NCBI GenBank assembly: GCA_016873635.1
Contig: VGWJ01000006.1
Coordinates: 3,102-67,101 of the forward strand
From: Lentisphaerota bacterium
GTDB taxonomy: Bacteria > Verrucomicrobiota > Kiritimatiellia > UBA8416 > VGWJ01
Direction: 5' to 3'
DNA: 64,000 bases
The notes below the pieces were generated by a model. The model was not told where the DNA came from. It worked only from the letters and a program-made list of their open reading frames with translations, and ran no database searches. The position numbers and the translations under genes were made by a program. Shown here one piece after another: positions 1-9,274 of this stretch (position 1 is its first letter; every line of letters begins with the position of its first letter).

Positions 1-3000
1 CGCTCCTGCTCGTCCTCGTGCAGGATGCGCCGCTGATCGAGCTCCTGCGTGGCGCGCTCCTGCTCTTCGCTCAGGGACAGCTGTTCCTGGCGGAGTTGCT
101 CGACCTGCAGGGCGAGCTCGTCCTCGCGCTGGCGGTTGCGGGCGCGCTCCTCTTCGGCCATGGATCTCTGCTGCTCGAGCTCCTGGGTGGCTTCCTCCAG
201 GCTCAGGGCGACGCCGCGGTGCTCGTCCTGCAGCTGGCTGAGGCGCGCGGCGAAGTCGGCCCGCTCCTGTTCGCCGCGCTGGCGCGTTTCGGAGGCCATG
301 GCCCGCTCCTGATCGAATTCGCGCCTGAGTTGATCGTAGCGGTCCTGCGCGTCCCGCAGGGCCTTCTCGTACGCGGCGAGCTTTTCCTCCGCGGTCTGTC
401 GCCGCTGCGCTTCGTCCTCGACCTGCGTGCGCGCGGAGGTGACCGCGTCTTCCCGCTGGGCGATGCGCTCGCGCTCCTCTTCGATCTGGCGGCGGGCCTG
501 CGCCAGCTCCTGCTCGCGCTTCCGGCGCAGCTTCTGCTCTTCGTCGAACAGCTTTCTCTGCCGGCCCAGTTCGTCGGCCTGCTGCTGCGCGCGCGTGCGT
601 TCGGTCTGGAAAATCCTGCGGTCTTCGTCGACCTTGACGTTGAGCGCGCGGTACCGCTCCTGGGTCTGTTCCATGGCCTTCTGGAAATCATCCTCGCGCC
701 GGGTGAGCTCCTGCTGCGCCGTTTCGTAGAGCTTCCGCAGCTCGGCCAGCTCCTGGTCCTTCTGCCGGAGGAGGGCCTCGGACGCCTCGACGCGCTCGGC
801 GCGCTGCGCCAGGTTCTCCTGCAGCGCCCGGTAGTCGGCTTGCGCCTGCGCGATGCGGTTCTCGGCTTCCGCCTGGCGCTCGGCCAGTTGCGCGCGCAGC
901 GCCTCGGCGGCCTCGGTCTGGCGGGCGGCCTGCTGCCGTGCGCCGTCGATCTCGGCCTGCAGCGACTGGAGCTTCTGCTCCGCCTGCTCGAGCCGATGCC
1001 GCGCCAGTCGCTCCTGCTCCGTCGACGTCTTGTCGAGTTCGGCGCTGAGCGTCTTCTGCTCGTCCAGCTCCGCGCGCGCCCTCCCGAGCTGCGCCTGCAT
1101 GTCCTCGCGCTCGCGCTGCAGGCGCGCGACGTGTTCGTTGAGCGCCTTTTCCCTGGTCTGGACGTTTTCCTCGGCCGAGGCATACAGCTCGGTCAGACGG
1201 GTCAGCTCGCGGCGTTCCTGGTCGAGGGCGAGGTGCAGTTCCTGCACCGTCTTGCGGCCCTCTTCAAGCTGCTCTTCGAGATAGGTCTTCTCGTTGCGCA
1301 GGCCCTCGATCTCGTCGCTCAGCGAGCTTTCGCGCTGGCGGCTGTCCCACTCGATCTGGTCCAGCCTGGCCGTGGTCTCGGCGCAGCGGCGCTGCAGCTC
1401 GTCGATGCGCGACTCGGCGGCGGCGTCGCGCGCGCGTCCTTCCTGGGCGGCCTGTTCGGCGGCGGCGCGCTGCTCGGCGAGATCCTCCTCGCGGCGCCGC
1501 AGCTCTTCGCGCGCGTCGTCCCGCAGCTTGGTCATTTCCTCGAGCTCGAGCTCCCTGTCGCCCAGGCGGCGCGTAAGCTCGCGGCACTCGTCCTGGACCT
1601 GGTCGAGGCGCTGCGCCAGCTCGTTGTCGGTCTTCTGCGCCCGCTCCTTCAGTTCGGCGACCACCGCGCGCTCCTGCCCCAGCTCCCTTTCCAGGGCGGC
1701 GGCGCGCGCGGCGCGCTGGTCGCGATCGGCGGCGAGCGCGCGCAGGCGCGCGCCGAGCTCGCCCTCCTTCTCGCTGCCGATGGCCATGGCGTCGTCGCGT
1801 TCGCGGCGCGCCAGATCCAGCTCGGCCTCCAGTTCGCCGATCTTCTCCAGCGCGGCCTTGCGGCGCTCGTAGAGCTTGCGGTGTTCCTCGAAATCGGTGC
1901 CGACAAGGCCTTGCAGGTCGAGTATGCGGTCCTGGAACGCCTTTTCGCGTTCGGCGAACGTCCGGCGCAGGCCCTCGAAAGCCTCGCGCTCGCGATCGAG
2001 ATCGGCGCCCAGGCGTTCGACCTCCTCGGCAAGCACGTGCTTGATGTGCTCGGTATGCGTCAGGCGCTCGGCTTCCAGCTCGCTGCTGCGCTGGAGGATG
2101 ACGTCGTAGCGGGCGCGCTCATCGCGGAGGTCGGCGCGCAAACCGTCCAGGGCCTTTGCCGCGCGCTGGCCCTGCGCCTGCAGGCCGTCAAGACGTCCGG
2201 CCAGGTCGCCCCGGCGCTCCTCGTCGCGTTTCGCGTCTGCGTCGGAAGCGGCGCGCAGGGCGGCCGCATGCGCCCTCGCCCCCGCGACTTCCTCAAGGGC
2301 CCGGCCGGCCGCCTGGCGCATGTCGCGGATGACCTCGCGCAGTCCCTGCTCCCGGGCGTGGCTTTCGTTGCGTATGCGCGCGAACTCGGTGATGCGCCGC
2401 TGGAGATCCTCTTCGGCGGCGCGCAGGCGCGCCGCGGCTTCGGTGGCCTTGCGCTCAAGCTCGGACGCCTGCCGCTTCATGTCGCCGACGCGAGTCTCGG
2501 TCTCCCGCGCCTGCGACTCCGTCCGGGCTCTCTCGGCTTCAAGCTCCGCGCGCGCGCGGTTGAGCTCTTCGGTGGCGCCGGCCAGCGCGGCCTTGAGCTG
2601 TTCGATGCGGGCGCTGAGGTCGCGGGCCTGCGCTTCGGCGTCGGCTCTCTCGGCCTCGAGCCGGCCGCGCGTCGCGCTCAGGTCTTCTACCGTCCCGGCC
2701 AGCGCGCGGTCCAGCTCCTCGATTCGCGCGTTGAGGTCGCGGGCCTGCGCTTCGGCGCGGTTCTTTTCGGTTTCGAGCTGCGCGCGGGCGTCCTCGCGTT
2801 CCTTTGTGGCGTCGGCGAGCGCGGCGTTGAGCTGTTCGATGCGGGCGTTGAGGTCGCGGGCCTGCGCTTCGGCGCGGTTCTTTTCGTCCTCGATCTGCTT
2901 CCTGATGCCGCTCAGATCGTCCTTGCTGCCGGCGAGCGCGCGGTTGAGCTGTTCGATCTGCGCGGCCCGGGCCGTGCTCTGGCGCTCGGCTTCGGTCAGC

Positions 3001-4013
3001 TTGGACGCCGTTTCCTGCGCCGAGCGTTCGAGTTCCGCGATCCGGTCGCGCATGGAGGTGAAGCGCGACTCCGTCTCCACCGCCATTCGCTCGCGGCCGG
3101 AGCCCATCGTCTCGATCTCGCGGCGCGCGGCAAGGAGGGCCTGCGTGGCCTGGTCGGCGTTCCGCCGGAGGGTATCGATTTCGCGGCGCAGCTCGTTCTC
3201 GCGTGTCCGGCTGCGTTCCTGCGCCTGCAAGCCGCTGGCCCGCTCGTCGCGCAGGGCTTTGCGGGCGCGGTCCAGGCGCGCGGCCGCGTCGGCCGCGCGG
3301 GACGCGAGGTCGTCGGCGGCGCGGCTCAGTCCGGCGAGTCGCTCGCCGTCGCCGCGTTTCGCGGCCGCCTGCTGCGCGCGTTCGGCCGCCAGGCGCTCGC
3401 GCGTCTGATCCAGCTCCTTCTCCATGGCGGCGGCGCCGGAGGAGATATCCTGGATGCGGCGCTGCAGGTCATGCTCGCGCGTGCGGCTCTCGGTCTGCAG
3501 CGCGTCAAGCCGTCGCGCGCGTTCCTGGAGGTCCTTCTCCGTCTCGCGCAGGCGGCCGGCCGCCTCGGCGGCCTGTCTTTCCAGCTCCGTCATCCTTTCG
3601 AGATTCTTCTTCAGCGCGGCCATGTCCTCGCCGGCGGGCGCCACGCCGAGAATGACCGCCTTCCGGGCGCCGACGGTGGTTTGCTCGCCGGTTTCCGCGT
3701 TGCGCAGGGGCGCGTCTTCGGTGATGGTCCCTTCCACCACGAGGTCGGCCAGGGCGCGGATGTTAAGCGGGCCGTACGGGGTTCCGTCGGCCAGGGTGAC
3801 CGTCCAGACCATGCGGAGTTCCCTGAGGTTTTCGACGGGAACCCACTTGCGATTGTCGGCGGAAACCTCGTTTCCGGGCGCAATGCGGCCCTGCTCGGCC
3901 CAGGCGATGAGGTCTTTGAGAGGGGCGGGTCCGAACACGGAACCGTCGTCGATCTTGAGGTACCACTGGTCGGCCGGGCCGGCCTTGTCTGTCGGTTTCA
4001 CTGGTTCGGGCAT
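1..4013 (-). CDS. Large coiled-coil protein, C-terminus beyond window. N-terminus has two tandem GYF-like/DUF4339 domains (WYLKIDDGSVFGPAPLKDLIAWAEQGRI... and MVWTVTLADGTPYGPLNIRALADLV...), followed by >1200 aa of E/R/A/Q/L-rich heptad-like coiled coil.
   Basis: I translated the reverse complement myself. It is open from the ATG at 4013..4011 (MPEPVKPTDKAGPADQWYLK...) through position 1 with no stop, and the composition is a typical coiled coil. The same-register + ORF 18..4073 is >30% Leu with almost no E/K, so it is the antisense shadow. The gene is absent from the ORF track, presumably because it has no stop inside the window. Confidence 0.7.
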   Translation of the reverse strand, partial: MPEPVKPTDKAGPADQWYLKIDDGSVFGPAPLKDLIAWAEQGRIAPGNEVSADNRKWVPVENLRELRMVWTVTLADGTPYGPLNIRALADLVVEGTITEDAPLRNAETGEQTTVGARKAVILGVAPAGEDMAALKKNLERMTELERQAAEAAGRLRETEKDLQERARRLDALQTESRTREHDLQRRIQDISSGAAAMEKELDQTRERLAAERAQQAAAKRGDGERLAGLSRAADDLASRAADAAARLDRARKALRDERASGLQAQERSRTRENELRREIDTLRRNADQATQALLAARREIETMGSGRERMAVETESRFTSMRDRIAELERSAQETASKLTEAERQSTARAAQIEQLNRALAGSKDDLSGIRKQIEDEKNRAEAQARDLNARIEQLNAALADATKEREDARAQLETEKNRAEAQARDLNARIEELDRALAGTVEDLSATRGRLEAERADAEAQARDLSARIEQLKAALAGATEELNRARAELEAERARTESQARETETRVGDMKRQASELERKATEAAARLRAAEEDLQRRITEFARIRNESHAREQGLREVIRDMRQAAGRALEEVAGARAHAAALRAASDADAKRDEERRGDLAGRLDGLQAQGQRAAKALDGLRADLRDERARYDVILQRSSELEAERLTHTEHIKHVLAEEVERLGADLDREREAFEGLRRTFAEREKAFQDRILDLQGLVGTDFEEHRKLYERRKAALEKIGELEAELDLARRERDDAMAIGSEKEGELGARLRALAADRDQRAARAAALERELGQERAVVAELKERAQKTDNELAQRLDQVQDECRELTRRLGDRELELEEMTKLRDDAREELRRREEDLAEQRAAAEQAAQEGRARDAAAESRIDELQRRCAETTARLDQIEWDSRQRESSLSDEIEGLRNEKTYLEEQLEEGRKTVQELHLALDQERRELTRLTELYASAEENVQTREKALNEHVARLQREREDMQAQLGRARAELDEQKTLSAELDKTSTEQERLARHRLEQAEQKLQSLQAEIDGARQQAARQTEAAEALRAQLAERQAEAENRIAQAQADYRALQENLAQRAERVEASEALLRQKDQELAELRKLYETAQQELTRREDDFQKAMEQTQERYRALNVKVDEDRRIFQTERTRAQQQADELGRQRKLFDEEQKLRRKREQELAQARRQIEEERERIAQREDAVTSARTQVEDEAQRRQTAEEKLAAYEKALRDAQDRYDQLRREFDQERAMASETRQRGEQERADFAARLSQLQDEHRGVALSLEEATQELEQQRSMAEEERARNRQREDELALQVEQLRQEQLSLSEEQERATQELDQRRILHEDEQE
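2581..2970 (-). repeat. Intragenic direct tandem repeats, 3-4 copies with a ~117-120 bp period, inside the coiled-coil gene. They encode repeated ~39-aa units (...KNRAEAQARDLNARIEQLNAALA...).
   Basis: Near-identical DNA blocks containing gagctgttcgatgcgggcg(c/t)tgaggtcgcgggcctgcgcttcggcg at ~2581, ~2698, ~2812 and a partial one at ~2929. Confidence 0.6.
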
Positions 4014-4097
4014 GCCACACCTCGTTGTTGCGAGCGTCTGCGCCACGGCGCCGGGGGCGGAGGGCCGTCATGATTCCGCGCCACTCAAGTACACGGT

Positions 4098-4400
4098 TCA
4101 AGGAGTGTCAAGCTGTTTTGCCATGCGGAAGTCATCCATCACGAATCCCTTCCCGATGTCCCGGACCGGTTCGCCGGTCACGGCGAACCCCAGGCGGCGG
4201 TAGAAAGCGATGGAGCCGGCGTCATGGCGGTTGACTGTCAGCCACAATTCCCGGATGCCCAGGCCGGTGCGGAGCTCTTCAACGAAGGCGCTCACGGCCG
4301 CGGCGAGCCGTTGCCGTTGCGCCGTTCCCAGGACCGCCGCTCGCGCGGCGGGTTGCGGCAGGGCTGGCGGTTCGCGGCGACGTACACGCTTTCCTCGCCC
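4098..4400 (-). pseudogene. GNAT-family N-acetyltransferase-like C-terminal region (motif A/B-like ...LRTGLGIRELWLTVNRHDAGSIAFYRRLGFAVTGEP...). Probably a fragment or remnant: its ORF 4098..4745 would overlap the 3' end of dnaE by several hundred bp.
   Basis: The last ~70-95 aa of minus ORF 4098..4745 have a clear GNAT motif-B signature (N..A..Y..LGF). The N-terminal 120 aa are Arg/Pro-rich junk and overlap the well-conserved dnaE C-terminus. Confidence 0.3.
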
Positions 4401-7400
4401 AGCGCGTGCTGCAGGCGCGCGATCAGCTCTTCCGACGGCGTGACCCGCATGCTCTCGTCGGCATCGAGAAAAACCTTCTCCCCCGACGGAAACAGCAGGC
4501 AGATGCCCACCGGGACGTTGCCCGGGTGCACGCGGAGCATTTCCCGCACGGTTGCGAGCCTCTGCTCGTCGAGGCCGGCCGCGGGGATGTGCAGGCTGAT
4601 GCGTTTGGCGAACAGCCGCGGCGCTTCGGACAGGGGGTAGATCTCGGCCGCGACGAGGCGCGGGGTATCCTCGCGCCTGGAGATTTCGCCGCACACCATC
4701 ACGGCGCTCTCGGGGACCAGCGCGGCGCCGTACTGGCGGTAGCATTCGGGGAAGACCAGGACTTCCATCGAGCCCTCCATGTCCTCCAGCGTGACCACGG
4801 CCATGGGCTCCTTCTTCTTGGTCATGCGCCTGGCGAGCTGGGCGACGATGCCGCCCACGCGCGTGGAGGCGCGGTCGTCCAGGGCGGCCGCGCCGGGGAT
4901 GTCGGCCAGGCGGTAGCGCATGAGAAGCGGCGCGTGCTCGGCGAGGGGGTGGCCGCTGAGATACATGCCCAGGAGCTCTTTCTCCCCCGCGAGGAGCTGG
5001 CTCTGCGGCCAGGGCGGGCGGTCGGGCAGGCCGGCGTCGACGCCGCGGTCCGGGCTGTCGGCGGCGAGCAGGTCGAAAAGCCGGCCCTGGCCCGTTTCCC
5101 GGTCGCGGACCGTCGCGCTCGCCCGCGCCATCGCGAATTCGATGCCGTTGAAGACCTTGGCCCGGTGCGCATCCAGCGAATCCATGGCCCCGCAGCGGGC
5201 GAGGCTTTCGATGGCCTTGCGGTTGACGAGCTGGCTGTCCAGGCGCGTGCAGAAATCCACGAGGCCGGCGTAGGGGCCGCCGCGCTGCCGCTCGCGCGCG
5301 ACCGCCTCGGCGGCGCCCGCCCCCACGTTCTTGACGCCGGCCAGCCCGAAGCGCACGGCGCTTTCCGACGGCGTGAAGCGCACGCCGCTGGCGTTCACGT
5401 CCGGGGGCAGCACGGCCAGGCCCATGGCCTGGGCTTCGGCAATGAATACGGGGATCTTGTCGGAATTGCCGATTTCGCTGGAAAGCAGCGCGGCCATGAA
5501 CTCGGACGGGAAATTCGCCTTCAGGTAGGCCGTCTGATAGGCGATCACGGCGTAGCCGGTGCTGTGGGCCTTGTTGAAGCCGTAGCCGGCGAACGATTCC
5601 ATGTTGTCGAAGATGCGGCCCGCCAGGGCCTTGGGAATCCGGTTGGCCTTCTCGCAGCCGGCCACGAACTTGGCGCGCTGCTGCCGCATGACTTCCGCCT
5701 TCTTCTTGCCCATGGCGCGGCGCAGGATGTCGGCCTCGCCCAGGGAATAGCCGGCCAGGACGTTGGCGGCCCGCTGCACCTGCTCCTGGTAGACCATCAC
5801 GCCGTACGTTTCCTTGAGGATCGGCTCGAGCAGGGGGTGGTCGTAGGCGATCGCGGCTTTCCCGCTCTTGCGCTCGATGTAGGCGGGAAGCATCTCCATG
5901 GGCCCCGGCCGGTAGAGGGCGATCATGGCGATGAGGTCCTCGACGCAGTTGATCCCGATGCGCCGGATCAGGTCGCGCATGCCCGTGCTTTCAAGCTGGA
6001 ACACGCCGACGGTGTCGCCGCGGTTCAGCAGGTCGTAGGTGGGCCGGTCGTCGAGCGGCAGGTTGTCGATGTCGACGGTCAGGCCCCTGGTCTCGCGCGC
6101 CAGCGCCACGGATTCCTGGATGACGTCGAGCGTCTTGAGCCCGAGGAAGTCCATCTTGAGCAGCCCGATCTCGCCCAGCGGCTCCATGGAAAACTGCGTA
6201 ACCGGCTCGCCGTCCTTGTCGCGGGCCAGCGGGATGATCTCCACGAGGGGTTTCTCGCCGATGACCACGCCCGCGGCGTGCGTGCCCGCGTTGCGGTAGA
6301 GCCCCTCCAGGGAGAGGCCCAGGTCCAGGATGCGGCGGCAATCGTCATCCGTCTCGTAGGCCTTGCGCAGCTCGGGGTTCAGGTCCAGGGCGCGCGGCAG
6401 AGTCATCTTGGGGTCTTCGGGCACCATCTTGGAGAGCTGGTCGCACTTGCCGTAGGGGATCTCGAGCACACGGCCGACGTCGCGGATGACCATCTTGGCG
6501 CCGAGCGAGCCGAAGGTGATGATCTGGGCCACGTTCTCGCGGCCGTACTTGCCCTTGACGTAGTCGATGACTTCCCCGCGGCGGGCCTGGCAGAAGTCGA
6601 TATCGAAGTCCGGCGGTGAGACGCGTTCGGGGTTGAGGAAGCGCTCGAAGATGAGCCCGTAGCGCAGGGGGTCGATGGCCACGATGCCCAGCGCGTAGGC
6701 CAGCAGGCTGCCGGCGCCGGAGCCGCGGCCGGGCCCCACGGGGATGCCGGCGTTGCGCGCCCAGTGCACGAAGTCCCAGACCACCAGGTAGTAGTTGATG
6801 TAGCCGGTCTTCTCGATCACGGCCAGCTCGTGCCGGAAGCGCTCGACGATCTCGCGCTCGCGCGCGTCGCGCGGCCGGTCGCAGTTCTCCACGCCGTACC
6901 TGGCGCGGATGCCTTCGCGGCACAGCCGCGTGAGATATTCCTTCTGGGTGAGGCCGTCCGGAGCGTGGTAGGCCGGGAAGTGCGGCCGGCCGAATTCAAG
7001 CTCGACATTGCAGCGCTCGGCGATGTCCGCCGTGCGGTCCAGGGCCTCGGGAACGTCGCCGAAGAGCCGCTCCATCTCGGCGCGGCTCTTCATGTAGAAC
7101 TGGTCGGTCTGGTAGCGCATGCGCTTGGGATCGCTCATCACGGTCTGGGTCTGCAGGCAGAGCAGCACCTCGTGGGCGGCGGCGTGTTCCTTTTCGAGGT
7201 AGTGCACGTCGTTGGTGGCCACCAGCGGCAGCCCGGTCCGGCGCGACAGCTCCACGGACAGCTTGTTCACCTGCCGCTGCTCGCGGATGCCGTGATCCTG
7301 GATCTCGAGGTAGAAGTTGTCCTTGCCCAGGATGTCCGCGTATGCGCCGGCGGCCTGCGCGGCGCGGGGCATGTCGCTGTCGAGCAGCCGCGACGCGACT

Positions 7401-7861
7401 TCGCCGTGCAGGCAGGACGACAGCCCGATCAGGCCCCCGGCGTGATCGGCGAGGATCTGTTTGTCGATGCGCGGCTTGTAGTAGAAGCCTTCGAGGTGCG
7501 CGGCGCTGACGAGTTTGATCAGATTATGGTAGCCGCGGTCGTCGGCGGCCAGGAGCACAAGGTGATAGTTGGAAGGCTTGCGGTCCTCGGCCCGGCGTTC
7601 GTGGCGGCTGCCCTCGGCCACGTAGACCTCGCAGCCGATTATGGGGCGCAGGCCGTGGGCGCGGGCCTCGCCGTAGAAGTCCACCACGCCGTACATGACC
7701 CCGTGATCGGTGATCGCCACGGCGGACATGTCGCTGGCCCGCGCCTTTTCCATTACCTGGGCCGGACGGCACGCGCCGTCAAGAAGGCTGTAGCACGTGT
7801 GGAGATGCAGATGGACGAACGGCTTGCTCACGGTGGGGCAGTGTAGCCGAACGCCCGGCAT
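4292..7861 (-). CDS. dnaE: DNA polymerase III alpha subunit DnaE (PHP domain HLHLHTCYSLLDGA, polymerase core, OB fold).
   Basis: 1189-aa product with canonical DnaE motifs throughout. Start is the ATG at 7861 (MPGVRLHCPTVSKPFVHLHLHT) or the GTG at 7831. The longer ORF to 8038 is an upstream extension. Confidence 0.9.
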   Translation of the reverse strand: MPGVRLHCPTVSKPFVHLHLHTCYSLLDGACRPAQVMEKARASDMSAVAITDHGVMYGVVDFYGEARAHGLRPIIGCEVYVAEGSRHERRAEDRKPSNYHLVLLAADDRGYHNLIKLVSAAHLEGFYYKPRIDKQILADHAGGLIGLSSCLHGEVASRLLDSDMPRAAQAAGAYADILGKDNFYLEIQDHGIREQRQVNKLSVELSRRTGLPLVATNDVHYLEKEHAAAHEVLLCLQTQTVMSDPKRMRYQTDQFYMKSRAEMERLFGDVPEALDRTADIAERCNVELEFGRPHFPAYHAPDGLTQKEYLTRLCREGIRARYGVENCDRPRDAREREIVERFRHELAVIEKTGYINYYLVVWDFVHWARNAGIPVGPGRGSGAGSLLAYALGIVAIDPLRYGLIFERFLNPERVSPPDFDIDFCQARRGEVIDYVKGKYGRENVAQIITFGSLGAKMVIRDVGRVLEIPYGKCDQLSKMVPEDPKMTLPRALDLNPELRKAYETDDDCRRILDLGLSLEGLYRNAGTHAAGVVIGEKPLVEIIPLARDKDGEPVTQFSMEPLGEIGLLKMDFLGLKTLDVIQESVALARETRGLTVDIDNLPLDDRPTYDLLNRGDTVGVFQLESTGMRDLIRRIGINCVEDLIAMIALYRPGPMEMLPAYIERKSGKAAIAYDHPLLEPILKETYGVMVYQEQVQRAANVLAGYSLGEADILRRAMGKKKAEVMRQQRAKFVAGCEKANRIPKALAGRIFDNMESFAGYGFNKAHSTGYAVIAYQTAYLKANFPSEFMAALLSSEIGNSDKIPVFIAEAQAMGLAVLPPDVNASGVRFTPSESAVRFGLAGVKNVGAGAAEAVARERQRGGPYAGLVDFCTRLDSQLVNRKAIESLARCGAMDSLDAHRAKVFNGIEFAMARASATVRDRETGQGRLFDLLAADSPDRGVDAGLPDRPPWPQSQLLAGEKELLGMYLSGHPLAEHAPLLMRYRLADIPGAAALDDRASTRVGGIVAQLARRMTKKKEPMAVVTLEDMEGSMEVLVFPECYRQYGAALVPESAVMVCGEISRREDTPRLVAAEIYPLSEAPRLFAKRISLHIPAAGLDEQRLATVREMLRVHPGNVPVGICLLFPSGEKVFLDADESMRVTPSEELIARLQHALGEESVYVAANRQPCRNPPRERRSWERRNGNGSPRP

Positions 7862-8030
7862 CGAACAAGAAATCGATCCGCGCCCCTCGCGAGGAACGAA
7901 GGCCGGAATGAGAATTGCCGTCTCTGTGCTTGGCAGAAGCGCGCGCCGCGGCCTATATTCGCTGAAACGCCCGCGACGGGCAGAGGTGCGTTTGAGAACG
8001 GCACATACGCTGCGCAGACGGCCGCGACGG

Positions 8031-8861
8031 ATGGTCATCGTCCCGTTCGCGCTGGCCGCGTGCCTTTCGGCGGCCGCGGGGGAGGTGGACGTCGGGCTCG
8101 AGCTGGAATACGACGGCTATCTGCAGTGCGAGCCGGTGATGGTCTTCCTCAAGCTGCACAACGACACGGCCGCTCCGCTGGTGATCGCCCCTGACCCCGG
8201 CGCCGGCGCCGACACCGCCGCGGTCACCTTCGAGGTCAAACGCTACACGCGCAACAGGACCGTGGATATCAAGCCGTCCGGCGCGGCGCCGGTGGTGAAA
8301 CGCGTCACGGTGCATCCCAACGGCGACCAGGAAATCCTGGCGGACATTTCCATGTTTTACGGGCTGGCAACGCTCGGGCGCTACAGCGTAACGGCCCGCG
8401 TGGAGTGGTTCGGCCGCCGCTACCAGTCGCCGGTGCGGAGCTTCGAGGTGGTGCGCGGGATCGACGTCGCGCACGCCGCGCGCACGGTGCCGGAATACCC
8501 GGATCGCCTGCGCGAATATGACCTGCGCTACTGGACGCGCCGCGGCGCGGAATATCTGTTTCTGACGGTTTCCGAAGAAGACGGGAAGATCAACTGCGGC
8601 GTGTTCCCGCTGGGCCGCATCGTGCGCATGGGCAAGCCCGTTTTGCGCGTCGACCGCGACGGCAACGTGGTCGTCGTGCACCAGTCCGGCCGGAACTGCC
8701 TGACGCGCTCGGCGTTCACCTCCACGCGGGAGGGGGTGCGGTTCGTGGACCAGACTTATCACCTGCCGGACGGCGGGCCCTATCCGTTCGTGCGCGGCGC
8801 GGAAGGCGTTCCCGCCGGCGGCACCAACGGGGCGTCCGCCAAGCCCCCGGCCGGCGGGTGA
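8031..8861 (+). CDS. Hypothetical secreted protein with N-terminal signal peptide (MVIVPFALAACLSAAAG).
   Basis: Internal ATG at 8031 of ORF 7797..8861. Product has diverse, non-low-complexity composition and is divergent from dnaE. Confidence 0.55.
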   Translation: MVIVPFALAACLSAAAGEVDVGLELEYDGYLQCEPVMVFLKLHNDTAAPLVIAPDPGAGADTAAVTFEVKRYTRNRTVDIKPSGAAPVVKRVTVHPNGDQEILADISMFYGLATLGRYSVTARVEWFGRRYQSPVRSFEVVRGIDVAHAARTVPEYPDRLREYDLRYWTRRGAEYLFLTVSEEDGKINCGVFPLGRIVRMGKPVLRVDRDGNVVVVHQSGRNCLTRSAFTSTREGVRFVDQTYHLPDGGPYPFVRGAEGVPAGGTNGASAKPPAGG

Positions 8862-9032
8862 GAGGCGGCGCCTTCGGCCCGGTCAGGTTTTGCCTGCCGA
8901 TTCTCAGGCGCGTCCGCCCGCGCCCGGCTGCCGTCGCGCCGAAGCGGCGCCATGGCGCGGCGCGAAGGCGGAAGGTCGCGGGCCACCTCGCTTCTTCCCC
9001 TGCGAAACCGGCGGGCCGCCGGGTTCCGTAGT

Positions 9033-9202
9033 GGGTCAGTTACGCGGTGGAAACACGCCGGCAGGGCGCGGCGTGCCGCCTTCGCCCGGAGGCTCCGGCG
9101 CGCCAAGCCGGCCGCGCCGCGGCGGACCGGGCTTGCCCGCCATAGCCCGCAGGGCGACGGCGGGACGGTCCGCCCTACCTCGCCTCCCTGCATGACTGAC
9201 CG
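9033..9202. mobile_element. MITE-like GC-rich repeat, copy 1 (~170 bp), with imperfect terminal inverted repeats (GGTCAGTTACGCGGTG ... CTGCATGACTGACC). Carries a ~35-bp insertion relative to copy 2.
   Basis: Matches 17621..17757 at >90% identity over ~135 bp. Lies in the intergenic region just upstream of tRNA-Leu. The ends are inverted complements and there are internal near-palindromes (CCGGAGGCTCCGG). Confidence 0.5.
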
Positions 9203-9274
9203 GTTGCCGGGTTCCTTTCATTCCCGTTGACCGTCTGCCGGGCATGCACTATGCTTTCTTCGGATGGTGTAACC

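Noticed and set aside
18-4073. 1351-aa + strand ORF in the ORF track
   Set aside because: Leu >30% with Ala/Gly/Arg and almost no Glu/Lys/Asp. It is the in-register reverse complement of a well-formed coiled-coil protein on the minus strand, so it is an antisense shadow ORF.
8890-9245. Short ORFs 8890..9195, 8952..9230, 9036..9245, with look-alikes near 17124..17750
   Set aside because: Their shared peptide strings (…GGSGAPS…PRRGGPG…) arise from translating the two copies of the non-coding MITE-like repeat.
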